From the human T2T-CHM13v2.0 reference genome, Homo sapiens, in assembly GCF_009914755.1 (NCBI RefSeq), contig NC_060925.1: DNA of 64,000 bases. One strand, given 5' to 3'. This document shows, piece after piece, positions 39,226 through 55,605 of this stretch; position 1 is the stretch's first letter, and every line of letters starts with the position of its first letter. The notes under the pieces were generated by a model, which had not been told where the DNA came from, ran no database searches, and was given only the letters and a program-made list of their open reading frames with translations. Position numbers and translations under genes: made by a program.

Positions 39226-41176
39226 CATATATAATTTCAAAAGGTAAATTAAATATAATGGGACAGTGTTGGTAACCTCTTAGATAGTGTAGGGATAAGA
39301 TAGCTGAATTTATGGCATGGTGTTGTATACTTCAGATATCTATGCTGTAATATTAAAATGGCATTTCCTTGGCCCACTAAATTGTCCATTTCCTGGCCCA
39401 ATATGATACACGAAAGGAGTGAAAATGGGAAGAAAATAGCCTTCTGAAGGACTTGCCTAATAAACTTCTCCCTTAGCATTACTTGGAGTGACATCAGAAA
39501 ATTGGAATGAAGTAATTGTGTAAAAAAGACAAATTCTCTGCTGTCTTTCTCCCCCAATCCTTAATAAACAAAGGAGGAAACCTAGACTCAGGTTAGGTTT
39601 TCTCTTCTTATTCTTTACATACCAGGACAAGTACTGAGCTTGTTTGTTACTATATGGGGACTTAGTATATTGTACAAAGGGGTGTGGCTATTACTGTCCC
39701 TTTTCTACCAGAGCATCAAAACTGGTAACTTGGCTGGTGTTAAGGGGAGCTTCTAACCTTGAATTCCCACTCCATGTGACTTCTTTCTGGTTCTCTCTTC
39801 TCAGAGAACTTGCAGCCATCAGATTCATTTGGAGAAGTTTGATAAAGGTTACTTTATGCTTAGACAGAAGAAAAAACCCTAAGGTCTTGAACTAAGCCTT
39901 ATCCTCTGATACAGTTTACTGGAATTCCCTCCACTGTGGCACAAGCCCTGCCGTAAATTGTGATTATCTATACCTTGTCAGTTTTATCTGTGTATATATC
40001 TTTTACAGTAATCCCCACATCCACCAGAGAACCTAGGTTATTGGCAGAATGAGGTTTGGGAATTTTGGTCCTCTGGCCAGACACTATCAGTTAGTACTCT
40101 GATTCCACCATTTTTGAAATTATATACAACAAATTTTAAGTATTGTTTATTTTGGAGAGTTCAGGTTAAAGGAAATGAAGACTATTATTCAGTATTATTT
40201 CTGTAATTTTGTAATTTTAACCATAACATAGGTTTCTTATCAAAACGTATGGAAGCCAGAAAGCAGTGAAGCAACAATATTTTCTCCAAAACAAACAGGA
40301 CAAACTTTGGCAGGAGTGACAAATCTGGCATGCAATGGTGGCTTCTATATCAGAAATCAAGTCTTTTACTTTGTGAGAGGCAGGAGTTTTTAGTTCTTTG
40401 TCTTCCTTTTGGCTGCCAGAGGAATTGAACATTGTGAATTCATTGGCATAGTCCCAAGAAACTTTACTTGGCAAGCAAGCTATTGATTTTGGCGGGGGTG
40501 GGATGGTGTTTATCAGTCACCCCTACTAGCAGAGATGTGATAACACTGCAGTCAGAGTAGTTGAGTTTTAAAATTTTGACTTGCCAACCAACAGAACATT
40601 ATTTATGTGGTAAAACTTAGACATCAGAGGCTACAGGCACTCAGGCTAAATTCTGACCCATTCATTGGTGACAAATGTTAAGGGATTTTTGCCCCATTAG
40701 CCCTTTTTTTACTCATGATGGTACTCTGAACAGAAGAATCTCCTCTAACAATTTAAGACCATTCATTGTATAAGCATGTAAATCATCAATCTCAATGACA
40801 CATTTTCACAACTATACACTGAATTGGCTCAGAGGCTTCACTCATAACTTTAACTTTTTTTCCCTCTTTACTACAAATTTTACCCAAACTCTGTCAGTTG
40901 AATTCACACTCTACAGGAACACATATCAAGAAGTTTAACACATGCACTTTAGTTACAGCAACACCTGCCAGGAGAATATCTTACCTCCTTGACTGAGAGT
41001 TCAAGGAGTGCAGGGAGATGTGACCAGCCATCAAGAAGCAGTAGAGAGACTTCTTTCCTTAAAGTACCTGAGTCAGGTTGAGGGGAAGAGAAGAATTAGG
41101 AGCACAAAGAGAGCAGGCACACAACAGGAAGCACAACTCTGCAATTGCTTTTGGTTTTAAGAGGCTGTCCATTCAG

Positions 41177-41478
41177 TTTTTTGGGTTTTTTTTTTTTCCT
41201 TTTTTTGAAACGGAGTTGCCCAGGCTGGAGTGCAGTGGCATGATCTCAGCTCACTATAACCTCCACCTCCTGGGTTCAAACAATTCTCCTGCCTCAGCCT
41301 CCTGAGTAGCTGAGATTACAGGCTCCTGCCACCATGCCTGGCTATTTTTTCTATTTTTAGTAGAGATGAGGTTTAACCATGTTGGCCAAGCTGGTCTCGA
41401 ACCCCTGACCTCAGGTTATCCACCTGCCTCGGCCTCCCAAAGTGCTAGGATTACCGGCATGAGCCACCATGCCCAGCC
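41177..41478 (-). mobile_element. Alu
   Basis: Reverse Alu; TSD ctgtccattcagttt. Confidence 0.93.
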
Positions 41479-42162
41479 TGTCCATTCAGTTTCAATGAAC
41501 TTTAAACAACAAAAAATGCCATTTGGGTGGCTGGTTTCAGTCTTCCCTGTCAATGCTCAGCCTCCAAATATTCACTAACACATAGAACAATAGGAGGACT
41601 GTTACTCTCCTCTCACACCTACTACGTGGGAGAGAACATCTGCTACCAGATCCTGGAGGCCCTTCTCAAGCCCCCTAACCTGGCCCCATGTGGTTCTTTC
41701 TGTTTTTTCTCCTAGAAGGCATTGTGACCTTACTGGTCCCATGTTGGGCATCAAATCTGTGAATGGCTCACACTTGGACTTACGCACACAGCATAAGTAA
41801 TAGGGGATATCTATGCATAAGAAAGATTAGTATGTTGTCAGCTCCCCACATCCATAATTCCACAGCATGACACAAAACTGGAGTTACTAGATGACAACCC
41901 AAGTGGTGGGTTGCTCTGTCAAGAAGGGGCCAATTTTATATTGCAGCTAGGCAGTTACAGTCTGTAGCTGTACCATTGAGGGGATCGGGGCAAGATGGAA
42001 ATTTCCATGGCTTACCAGAAACAGGTGAGAAACTGCCTGCTGGTAGCCTGCTGCAAGACAAGGAGGCCCCCAAAAGAGAGGAGTAAGAAATAGTCTTATG
42101 ATAATGCCTCACAAGACTATTTCCCTTACCATGGTCCAGGAGGGCATTTGGTCAAGGTTTGA

Positions 42163-42587
<425 letters not shown>

Positions 42588-43305
42588 AAGGAGTCTCTCT
42601 CCCTCCTTGTGTTCTGGTTTGTGAATGGCTCACACTTGAACTTAGTGTAGGCTCCTAGTGGGAGGAGCAGGGGTGGCGAAAATCCTCATCATATGGATAA
42701 ACATAACCCAAACCTCTAGAGGTTTCATAATTTTCCTCTTGCTTCTAAAAACATAGTCATGTCTTATGGGGTATTATGTACCTTATATCTTAACATTTTC
42801 CTCTTGCCGCTTCTTGGTTTGAGGGGAGAAATGCCAGCATGTGGCAAATGGAGAATAAGACTGATGGAAGCCTCAGGGCAAGGCCTTCACTTCCCATTGA
42901 CACTGTTCCCAATTCCCTCCAGCATGAGCTGAGCCTCCTCAGGCTGTGGTTGTGCAGCAGACAGGGTGTGAGGAAACCCTGCTCAGCCCTGGTTACCCAG
43001 GATGGCACTGAGTTCTAAAACGTAAAGGTTATGTGGTGAGGGGCCTGGCTGAAGACCTGGTGTGGTACTTTTGTGAGCAGTGGCACGATTTGAGGCTGGG
43101 TAGGAGAGAGGTGCAGGGCCTAGCTCCCCAAAAGACCAACAGATAAACTGGGGCAGAGAGAGAGATTCCAGTGTAACCGGGAAGGCTGCAGATCATAACA
43201 ATTATGGCTGCTGATTTGGCATCAAAGATGTGGCATTGTCAAAGCCACAATTGTTGAGAATGGCACCAACATGCTGCAGCTGGAGAGAGTGGGTGACCAA
43301 CATTT

Positions 43306-44215
43306 TGAAGTGGCATAGTTGTCTGGGGTAAGTACCCAAGGTTTGTTGCCTCACACCAAGGGAACTGAGGATGTGGACACACAAGAAGTGGGTGTAGGAG
43401 TGGAGGTTTACTAGGCAAAAGAAAGAGAAAGGGCCGGGCGCGGTGGCTCACGCCTGTCATCCCAGCACTTTGGGAGGCCGAGGCGGGCGGATCACGAGGT
43501 CAGGAGATCGAGACCATCCTGGCTAACACGGTGAAAGCCGGGCGAGGTGGCGGGCGCCTGTAGTCCCAGCTACTCGGGAGGCTGAGGCAGGAGAATGGCG
43601 TGAACCCCAGGGGGCGGAGCTTGCAGTGAGCAGAGATTGCGCCACTGCACTCCAGCCTGGGCAACAGCGAGACTCCGTCTCAAAAAAAAAAAGAAAGAGA
43701 AAGGAAAATAGCTCTCTCTCCTGAGAGAGAGAGGGTTGCCAGAGTGGAACTTCTGGTTTTGTGGTGAAGTGCACAGGGTTTTATAGGCTGGCTTGAGGAG
43801 GCAGTGTCTGATTCACATAGGGCCCAAAGATTGGTTGGACCAGGTGTGACATTTACATAGCGCTGGAAGAAGCTGGCCACCCAACCCTAATCTTCTTCTT
43901 ATGCAAATGGGTTTTCTACTTTACTCGCGCCATGTTGTCTGCTCCTTACTGTACACGTGGTTAGAAAGGAAAAGGGAAGATGGAGCCACCATGTTGAACA
44001 TGCCTACCCCCCAGGTAGCCTTGTCCTATTGGCACAGCCGCCAGCAGTCACCTGTGCAAGCTTCCAGCTTGCTTATCTATGTCTGCAGCTCCATTTTACA
44101 GGCTGCTTTTTGTTAGAAAAGAAATTATTTGGGGGCTGCTTTTCATTAAAAGGGAACCTTACCAAGGACTTCCTTACCCTAATGCCTAAATAATTTCTTT
44201 TTAACTCCTATATCA
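43306..44215 (-). mobile_element. ERV1 solo LTR (MER50-like) with ATTT TSD
   Basis: Minus strand starts TGATATAGGAGTTAAAAAGAAATTATTTAGGC; attt at 43302-43305 and 44216-44219. Confidence 0.85.
43432..43692 (+). mobile_element. Young AluY lacking the central A-rich linker, nested in the LTR
   Basis: CpGs intact; ...cacggtgaaa|gccgggcg junction; TSD aaaagaaagagaaag. Confidence 0.93.
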
Positions 44216-44327
44216 ATTTGTTTGAAGAACAGATGACACTTTGAATGGCCCAGCCCACAGCCCAGAATTTCAAGGGAAGACCTTGAATTCAAGGGAGACA
44301 ATGTCTCCCGTAAAATCACCTAGGCAC

Positions 44328-44737
<410 letters not shown>

Positions 44738-45216
44738 CCTACCCCACTGCTGGGGGCTGGGGTGGCCCAGCCACACTGCACTTTCTATATATAAGTTTTT
44801 TGAAAATGCTGCTTCACTGTTACCTTGCCTTGTATGTTAGTGCCCATCTAATTCAGTTGCTTTTGTAACTTGTTCCACAGTGATGCCTGGAGACCTGAGT
44901 ATGTTTTATCTTTAAAATCTAATAATTTTACTAGGATATTGTCTTGAAGTTGATCATCCTGGTTTAATTTTTGCTGCCACTTTATGGGCTCTTTCAATGT
45001 GCCTCATCACATAAGTAATGTCATTTTCATTTTTGTAAATCAAGTCTCCTAGATTGTTCACCTGAAAGCCTGATTCTCCTTTAGAGAAAAAAAATGCTAA
45101 AAAAACAAAACAAAACAACAAAAAAAAAAACAAAACATTATATATCGCATTACAATTTTATTCAACAAATACAGAGATTTCCAGAATAGTTAAAACAAAG
45201 TAGAAAACAACTCTGG

Positions 45217-45794
45217 TGTTATAAGAGCAGTAGGTTCATATGCCCACTGTGCAGTAATAGACCAATACACTAAGACAGCAGTTTGCAACAAAGAATTTAA
45301 TGATCACAGGGCAGCCAAGGGGAGAGATATGAGTAGACCCTCAAATCCATCTCCTCAAGAACTTCTGCGTTAGGGTTTTTAAGGGGATTGTGGAGGGTGA
45401 GGGGTTGGAAAATTAAGGTTGTTGATTGGGCAGGGGAAGGGGGATGAAATCATTAGGATTTGGAAACTGCATACTGAGTCAGTTCCTCAGTGGGGTCCTT
45501 CAGACCAGCTGACATCAGTAGTTTCACTGGTACACAGGATCTGAAAGAATATCTCTAATGGGAAACTTAACATTTCATAATGTTCAGGTTGTTATCTATA
45601 GAACAGTTCAGGAGAACTATAATCTAGGGCCTGCCTGATTCTAGCACAAACAGCACCAAACAACTGTGAGGAAGCAGGTCCAAGAGCAGGCTGCTCTCAA
45701 GAGTAATGCAAAATTGCTGCAAGCTTGTTTATTTTTGTTTCTCCCCTTCCCTTCTTCCCTGATTAATTTTATAAAGTTTATAGGGACAGTTTCA
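45217..45794 (-). mobile_element. ERV1 solo LTR (LTR26/LTR8-like)
   Basis: Minus strand begins TGAAACTGTCCCTATAAACTTTATAAAATTAATCAGGGAAG; TG...CA ends. Confidence 0.75.
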
Positions 45795-45824
45795 ATGGCT
45801 TCAACACAGTATTGCCAGGTAAGG

Positions 45825-45913
45825 ACTTGAACCCAAGATGCGGAAGTTGCAGTGAGTCAAGACCAAGCCACTGCTGCACTGCCCAGTCTCAAAAAATAAA
45901 AATTAAAAAAAAA
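45825..45913 (+). mobile_element. Alu right-arm fragment
   Basis: cttgaaccc...gttgcagtgag...gtctc plus A tail. Confidence 0.75.
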
Positions 45914-46407
45914 TCAGGCCAACACCTGTTGACACACATTGCTAGGAATCCCTTTGGGAAAGCAAATGGGCTCACGGAACACACGGAGGCCATGGTGGGT
46001 GACAATGTTAACTAATTCTGTTCATGGTGTCCAGGGTACAGGCCTGAGGGTCCACTCGCCACCTCTGCCCAAAGCCACGTCTCCACTGCTCCCCTCATCT
46101 CCGCACGGATTCCTCCCCACGTGCCTCCCCTTTTCTTGGACTGCCGACACCTGACACCACCAAGGTGACTGCTCCTCCCCACAGCTTCTCTCCTTCAGGG
46201 GACTTCACTTCTTGTTCCTCGCTCCATAGTGAGGCGTGACCCAGCGGTCAGCCCAAGGTCTAGCATGCAAATCAGGGACGTGATGGTTCTTTGGGATTCT
46301 AGGGATCTACCTGGAGAATAGATGAAAGTAACAAAAGTTTTACATACCAATATTCAAAACTGCATCAAACTACCAGAAACACTTGCCACTTTCAAAGATA
46401 GACTATG

Positions 46408-46560
46408 CTAAGTAGCTCCAGGTGTGTGCCACCATGCCTGGCAAATTTTTGTATTTTTAGTAGAGACTGGGTTTCACCATGTTGGCCAGGCTGGTCTCAA
46501 ACTCCTGATCTCAGGTGATCCACCTGCCTTGACCTGCCAAAGTGCTGGGATTACAGGAAT
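46408..46560 (-). mobile_element. Alu fragment specific to copy B
   Basis: aattttgtatttttagtagagac-type linker...ccaaagtgctgggattacagg. Confidence 0.88.
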
Positions 46561-46754
46561 GGCTCTTGACTCTAACTGCAAGGTCCCTAGATCATTAGAT
46601 CATTTCCTGAATATCTTATGCTTCAGGTATTGGCCATCACTTGGGTTACCATTGTCATAAGTCAAAAGCCTCCACAACCAAGGCCCTTAAACATGGGATA
46701 GCCTGTGCAGGGCAGAAGTATAAAGAATATAGAGAAGTGAAGCACAAAACTTGT

Positions 46755-46825
46755 TGCATTGGCCAGGAATTAAACCAGGGTCTCCTATGCAGGCGGTGAG
46801 AATTCTACCACTGGACCACAAATCC
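46755..46825 (-). pseudogene. Degenerate tRNA-Gly(CCC)-derived pseudogene (anticodon position now reads CCT)
   Basis: Reverse complement GGATTTGTGGTCCAGTGGTAGAATTCTCACCGCCTGCATAGGAGACCCTGGTTTAATTCCTGGCCAATGCA; same position in the duplicon as 2228-2298. Confidence 0.85.
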
Positions 46826-48899
46826 GGCTCTTATGTGTGGTCCTGGAGAAACAATTGAAATACAATACTGAAAAAGACAGAAATTGTTCCAAAAGAAGCT
46901 TTTTGTAGTATTGACTAAAAGCTAACAGTAGACATCCAAAACCAAGGTTTTTACAGAATACTTTTACTAGACAAAACTATAAATATTAAAATAGCTTATT
47001 TGATCAAACTTTAATTCCGAAAAAGGCTCCTTCCAACTGCGTAACAGACTCCTATAGAAAAACATCAGAAATTCATCCAGGTTCCTTGTTTCTGATCCTA
47101 AATCTTCAATTTAGGACCTCAACCTCAAACTGTTGCTTTAGTGGCTCTGGGAAGGAAGCACTAACTGGCAGCATAGGTAAGTAAAGTTTTAATCTAGGGA
47201 AGAAATAAGAAGCAGAATCAGAATTAGAATTAGAAGAAAGAGGGAATATGCTATACCAGAATATCATAGGCAAAAAAAGAAGATGAAGAAAGAGGAAATG
47301 AAAGGACAGAAGGTAATGCTAATGGAGTTAGTTATTTGTGGCCGTTTTTTGTAAAAGAGTAATGATCAGTCTTGTAATCATTATAATACTATTATTTGCT
47401 TTCTAAAATGTTTAAAATATTTGAAGGAATTTATGATATAAAAAGATGAATAATGCTTGCAGTCAGTGTTTCATTGTTTGGGAGAACCCAGTTTCCTCAG
47501 TTAATACACTTTCGTGTAATAGCTGTTTAAGGAGTAACATGGTTTAAAGACATATTAGTGGCTGAAATATTAACATATTGGTCTTTTGATGAAGTTCAAA
47601 TAGAGAGATTTCTTTCCCCAATTTTCCCTGGAAAGATTAAACTGAAGAGAAAAATCTGGAAAGTTTGCCCCACATGTTGGGTCTGGGAGTCATTATGACT
47701 TTTTCAAAGACAGGAGTTGTGTATGACATGGAATCATGCTTCTTCTCTAGTTGAGAAGCCAAGCTAGGTCCAGGCTGAGTCATAAACTTGAACCCAACAA
47801 GGAAATCACCCTTCACATTGACCTTGCAGAGCTTTGGCTCTATCTGTTCTCTGCCCAACACCCAAGACACATACTAGTTCTGGCCAACAAACCTTCACAT
47901 ATTGTCTGTGTCAACCAGAGCTACATTTATTCCCAAATCTCTTTCTAAAATACAAACCTGTACTTTCTACTCTCAACCCCAAAATTTACAAGAGGCCTCA
48001 TATGCATCTCAGAGTCACAGATGCTAAAACTCAACACACCAGTGAGTTCCCTGTCAGCATCATATACTACCCTCTACCTCAATGATCAGCCCCAAGCCAG
48101 CATCTCCCAAAGAGTAGTGTGTTGTCGTGGGTGTTTCAACAGATCACTAAAACCTGCTTCTACCCCTGCCTAGACACTTATCCTCACTGCTATGCATCCT
48201 GCTCCTCAAATCAGATCTTGATATCTTCTTTAAACACTCCCAATCTCCCAACACGACAATTCATTTCCAAAGAATTATAGTATTTAAATTTATTGGACTC
48301 TATACAGACTCATTCCCACTTTGTTACTACGCTGGTCCATCCATCACCTCCATTAACATAAGTAGATCAAAAACTGGCCTCTCTACAGCCAGTCTTGTCT
48401 ATTCCAACCCATTTGCCACACTGTATCCTGAGTGACCTTTCCACAGTGTAAATCTGGACATACCTGTAGCCTTAAATCATATCTACCAACATAGTAGCCA
48501 AGCAACAGCAATCTCTTTTCCTTTGGTCATTAGAGTCCTAGAGACCAAGAGGATGTTGGGAAAAGAATTACCATGGATCAGCTCTCAGAGGCAGTAGGTT
48601 CTGGACTCGTGCTGGCTTTGATACGTGTGCATTGGAAAAGCTCAAGTACCCGGCAATACTTGGAGATTAGGAAGAAAGGATGAAAATAAACCACTGCACT
48701 AAATAACATGACAATAATCACTTATACAAAAATTTTAAAGATAAGGAATATTTAAAGATTTATTAGTTTATTATAGCTTTATAGTTGGAGAGTGAAGAAG
48801 AAAATACCAAAGCTTTTTGTCTTAACAAAATGGTGCAGACAGATTAACATATATTGTCACCTATGATAACCAGTCAGCATAAAAAGTATTTAGAAAGGA

Positions 48900-50700
<1,801 letters not shown>

Positions 50701-53700
50701 ATTGTTAACAAAACCCTTTTCTCCTTCTGCATGATAATTTGACCTTAATTAACTTTCCAGCTCTGTCCACCTAGAGCCTTCTAATGACAAAATGTCAACT
50801 ATGTTACTAAGCAAACATTGCATATCATAAAAAAGACTCCTAACTGATGGACTACACTTGGACTGGGAAAACTAAGTATCTGGAAGAAGCCAGACTTTGA
50901 GCTTCTCTGAATGCAGTGACTCCTATAACTTGCATACACCTGGCATGGGCATTGGAAACTACTCTATTAAGTTCTTAACAAGAGATAATGGCTCCAGGAT
51001 GGTGCCACATGCACCTCAGCTGTCCCCAAGTAGACAATGAGGGGTGGAGAGTCAAGAGACTATCTCCTAGGTACTGTGTGGACTGCTGCTGCAGGGACTG
51101 CTCCTATAGAAATATCATGCCTGTTGCTGCCCTGATAGCAAGCTATAATTCTTATCCTACGTCTCTCGGATTAATCTGGTGCCAAGTATGGCCTCTGAGA
51201 TTCTTGTGAGCCTGAACGTTAAGTTGAAGCTAAGAAAACATCCAAGTGGGCAAAATTCTTCCAAATTTTGTTTCATGAATAATGTAGACATCATTGTTTT
51301 GCAGTCTTTCTAATATATCTAATATTTGGGGGCTTGATTTCAACTGCCTGACATGTCTGCTGGTTTTCACACCTGGTTTAGTTTCTTTGGGTTCATTATT
51401 ATTTTTGAGTATGTGCCATATCTTGTATCTGGAAAAATATTTTTGGAATAATCTGAGATCTACAATGAAAGCTTTCTTGCCCAGCACCTGGGGGTACTTC
51501 CAGCCCAGAACCACCTTTAATCAAGTAAAAGGTGTGAAAGATGCTCTGAACTTAAACTGTGTAACATAAGGGATGTTTCTTTTATAGTTCATTTTTATCC
51601 CAAGATTATAGAAATGTAAGGTCCTACCTTATTGTAGGATTATTCTCCTGATAAACTCCCCAACTTGGGCAGACTCTGGTCTTCTATTTCTGTCCCATTA
51701 GTCACAGAAGGCTGTCAAACCCTAATATGCACGTCAGGAAATGTCCTTAGCCAAAAAATGGTTTCTCTGCTTGCTTACGGCTCTGGGTTCCAGTTTTTCC
51801 TTTACTTCAGGCCTCGTAATTCTTCAGTGTTAATCATCATCTTGATGCTTTTAAAAATATTTGTTTTCTATATAGTACCTAAATAGCTTAGTCAGTGTTA
51901 CCAGAAATGTATCATCAACTTTTAAAATATACTAAATGCTTAAAAAAATAAAGTCATATTTTACTGCTATGGCTCTGACTTGAAACTAAGTTGATGAGGC
52001 CATGAGCTGGAGCACAAATCAGTCCCCCCACTGTGAAACTGTCAGGTCACCACAAATACAGATTTTATTAGCAATGCAGAATTTTTCTTTTCCCTCTTAA
52101 GTCATCCAGTGACCAATCGGTTCTAGGCCACAAGATCAAAAACTCCGGTCTCAAAATCTAACAACCCCCAGCTGGTAATCTCACACATGCTCAGATTTTA
52201 CTTTGTGAAAGAGAATCAAGCCACATCATATAAAATTAAACATTTATTATTTTTCTTAATAGTCTAATAGAGATATACATTTGTGTATATTGGCCAGAAA
52301 TTGGGCTAAAATTTTCACAAATGGAAATCAAGAATGTTACCATAGAACTATCAATGCCAACTTTAACTATCTGAATCAGATGGCATAGCCTAGTTTCCTC
52401 TACAACTGACAGCACACTCTTTGGTATTTTGGTATTTTTCAGTGTCCTTGAAATGTTTAACTACCCACTAAAGAACAGGTCACATGGAATTAATAAACAA
52501 AGGGCTTCAGTTTCCATCAAGCACCTTCAAGTGACAGGAACAGGGATTTAAATAAAAGGATCTAAGTCAGCACAGGAAAGTGACTGTGCTGCCAAAGTGA
52601 CTCAAACTCAAAAGGACAGGATGAGACTTACTCAGAACTTCGAGGAAGTGTAGAGAAATTATCCACCACTTTTTATCCTAGAGGTGCCTTTGTGGTTGTG
52701 ACCATGCCGTAGAATGATTTGGGGATCCCTTCCAACTGGAAGGACATCTTAGACTGAGGGAACCCAAGAAACCTGATTTCGGTCACCCCTGACCATCATA
52801 AATCCCATGCAACAGGTCCATGCATTATCTAATGTTGACTCTGGGAATGGTCATTGTCATTGTTTCCTATTTGAATGGTTGTCACATTTCCTGCTTCAAA
52901 TGATATCCAGAAATGATGGCTTGGGACCATATTCTCAATTTTTAGGTGGCAAATAGACTCCAGAGACATCACACATAATAAAATACTTGGACTTTGAAAG
53001 GAAACAGTCATGTCTATGACTTACAAGCTTATAAAGATCCCTCAGATGAGTTATGTACATGGATTGAGAATCAGAAAAGGAAGGATGCTCTCTCAGGAGA
53101 TAGAAAAACCAGATAAAAGGAGAAACTGAAATTATCTGACCCATCCCCTCATCGCCTATGTAGAAGGGAAATGCTTACTTTATCTAACCAGTGGATAACA
53201 GACAGCCTCTTTCATTTTGGAGCTACCAAAAAGAAAAATAAATTGTGGTTTGGTTCAGTTCCCTTTTGACCAGTATGTTCTTGAAATTTTGAAAACATTT
53301 TACTCTTTTTCCTTTTAGTGTTTCAGTGTGGATAATTTCATTTGATCTATTTTCAAGTTCATTTTTTAGGCCAAAATTTGTCAAATATTGGCAATTTCAT
53401 ATGATTCAACTTAATATATTAACCTAATGTGCAAAATTCAAATTTGTTTCTATACTACTAAATAATATCCCCCTGAAACGCTTTGCCAATTTACTCCTAC
53501 TGACAGTGTATGAAAATATCCATTTTATTTCATCCTTTACAAGGTGCTATTATCAATAATTTATACTTTTACCAATCTGGGAAGTGAAAAAGACATTTAA
53601 TTGTCTTGACTTGCATCTCCCTTATTACTGGTTAGTTTAAATTTCTATTCTCCGTTCATTTTTCTGTTTATTTTCTTTTGTAGTACCTACTACTTCTTGA

Positions 53701-53761
53701 TATCTTTATTTAAGCTTTATATATTTACTTTTTACCTGTTAATTGTTGTAATCACCCACTA

Positions 53762-54085
<324 letters not shown>

Positions 54086-55243
54086 TCACCACTCTAGTGC
54101 CTAGAACATTTTATGTACTCAACATATAATAGTTAAATGAATGAATGAAAGTTAGACTGTAGGGGTGTCCATGAAAGTAGATATTAGCTAAGTTCCCAGA
54201 GATTGACTCCTCTTTTCCTGGTTCTCACACTTCAAGCTCTGTTAAGCCTGGAGGAGGGTGTTTTGTCTTTAAAAAGATACAGCTCCAGGTTACCCCTTTG
54301 GACCAGTTCCTGTTCTTAGGTCTCAGACTTCCTCTATTCATGAATGGTGGATATATATGATTTCCTGTGATGTTTCTTTACATTATGACCATAATGAGCG
54401 TTGATTTTTAGTTCCTGATCCCCTCATGTAATGACTGTTCAATTAATGACTTTTTGCCATAATGGCTATTATAAAGCTATGTCACTTTTTGGACAACTCC
54501 TTTTTTATTATAATGATTTGTCACCCCAAAATAAATAAACATGCTATAAGAAATTATATTTTGACATCATGGTTTCAAGCAGACACTATATAGAAGGATG
54601 TGTATGAATGAGCATGTAGGGAAGTGGCCAAAGAGGGGCCCACCCTCTGTAATCTGCTTTTTGATGCTAAGGTGAGGACTCTGCAAACCACATCTTTTTT
54701 TTGCTTGCTGGCTTTATTAGTTTCTGTCAGTAAGGGGTGTTAAAAAGAGACTGAAAGGCTGGAGGAGGGATATAGGTCTGGCTGCTTCCTATTTTGTTTC
54801 TTGTTTCAATTAGCATCATCCCAGCCATAATTTTTTACTCTGAGAGTGGTCATTGTTTCCAGTTTCATTTCTTTTCTTTTCTTACAATCCCGGAGCCAGC
54901 CTCATGGCCCCCTCTCAAAGGCATGAGCATCAGCCAGTGGACACCTCTTCTTCAGAGGTCTGAGTCCCTGCTACACTAGGTACTTCCTCTGAGTTCCAAG
55001 GCCACCAGCAACCTCCTTCTCAGAAGCCATCCTCCCAGTTATGTGTGGCCCTTCATCCAAGTTACCAAGTTCTAACAACCCAACCATTTTACCTTTGTTT
55101 CTACAACCCTAGGGTTGATCACTGCTTCGCTTTCTACACTTACTATCTCTGTGTTACATCAGTTCCCCTTTTGCCTTCTTAGACCTCCAATACCTGTATA
55201 ATTCCTTGTGTTAAATTCCCTCTGGTATACTGTTCATTTTCTA

Positions 55244-55497
55244 TTTTTTTTTTTTTTGAGACAGGGTCTTGCTCTGTTACCCAGACTCAAGTGCTGTGGT
55301 GCAATCATAGCTCACTGAAGCCTTAAACTCCTGGGCTCAAGTGAGTGTGCCACCATGCCCAGCTAATTTTTATTTTTTTTAGACACAGTGTCTCACTCTT
55401 TTTCCCAGGCTAATCTTAAACTACTAGATTCAAGTGATCCTCCCATTTTGGCATCTCAAAGTGTTGAGATTACAGGTGTGAGCCACCATGCCCAGCC
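55244..55497 (-). mobile_element. AluJ-type element with internal deletion
   Basis: Diverged reverse Alu. Confidence 0.85.
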
Positions 55498-55605
55498 CAT
55501 TTTCCTTTTAGACCCTGAATGACACACAGTACTACTCACCAATTTACCTGACATGACCATTTGTAGTCAGAGAATATTGTGTGAAACAACTTTGAATTGC
55601 ATGAC

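Larger units (their letters stand above)
45914..48480 (+). repeat. Internal duplication copy B (paralog of 1541-4270)
   Basis: Colinear homology with copy A; more CpG decay. Confidence 0.95.

Noticed and set aside
46755-46825. tRNA-Arg(CCT) call from the anticodon position
   Set aside because: Body and flanks are Gly-CCC derived and the arm does not pair; this is decay, not an anticodon switch.
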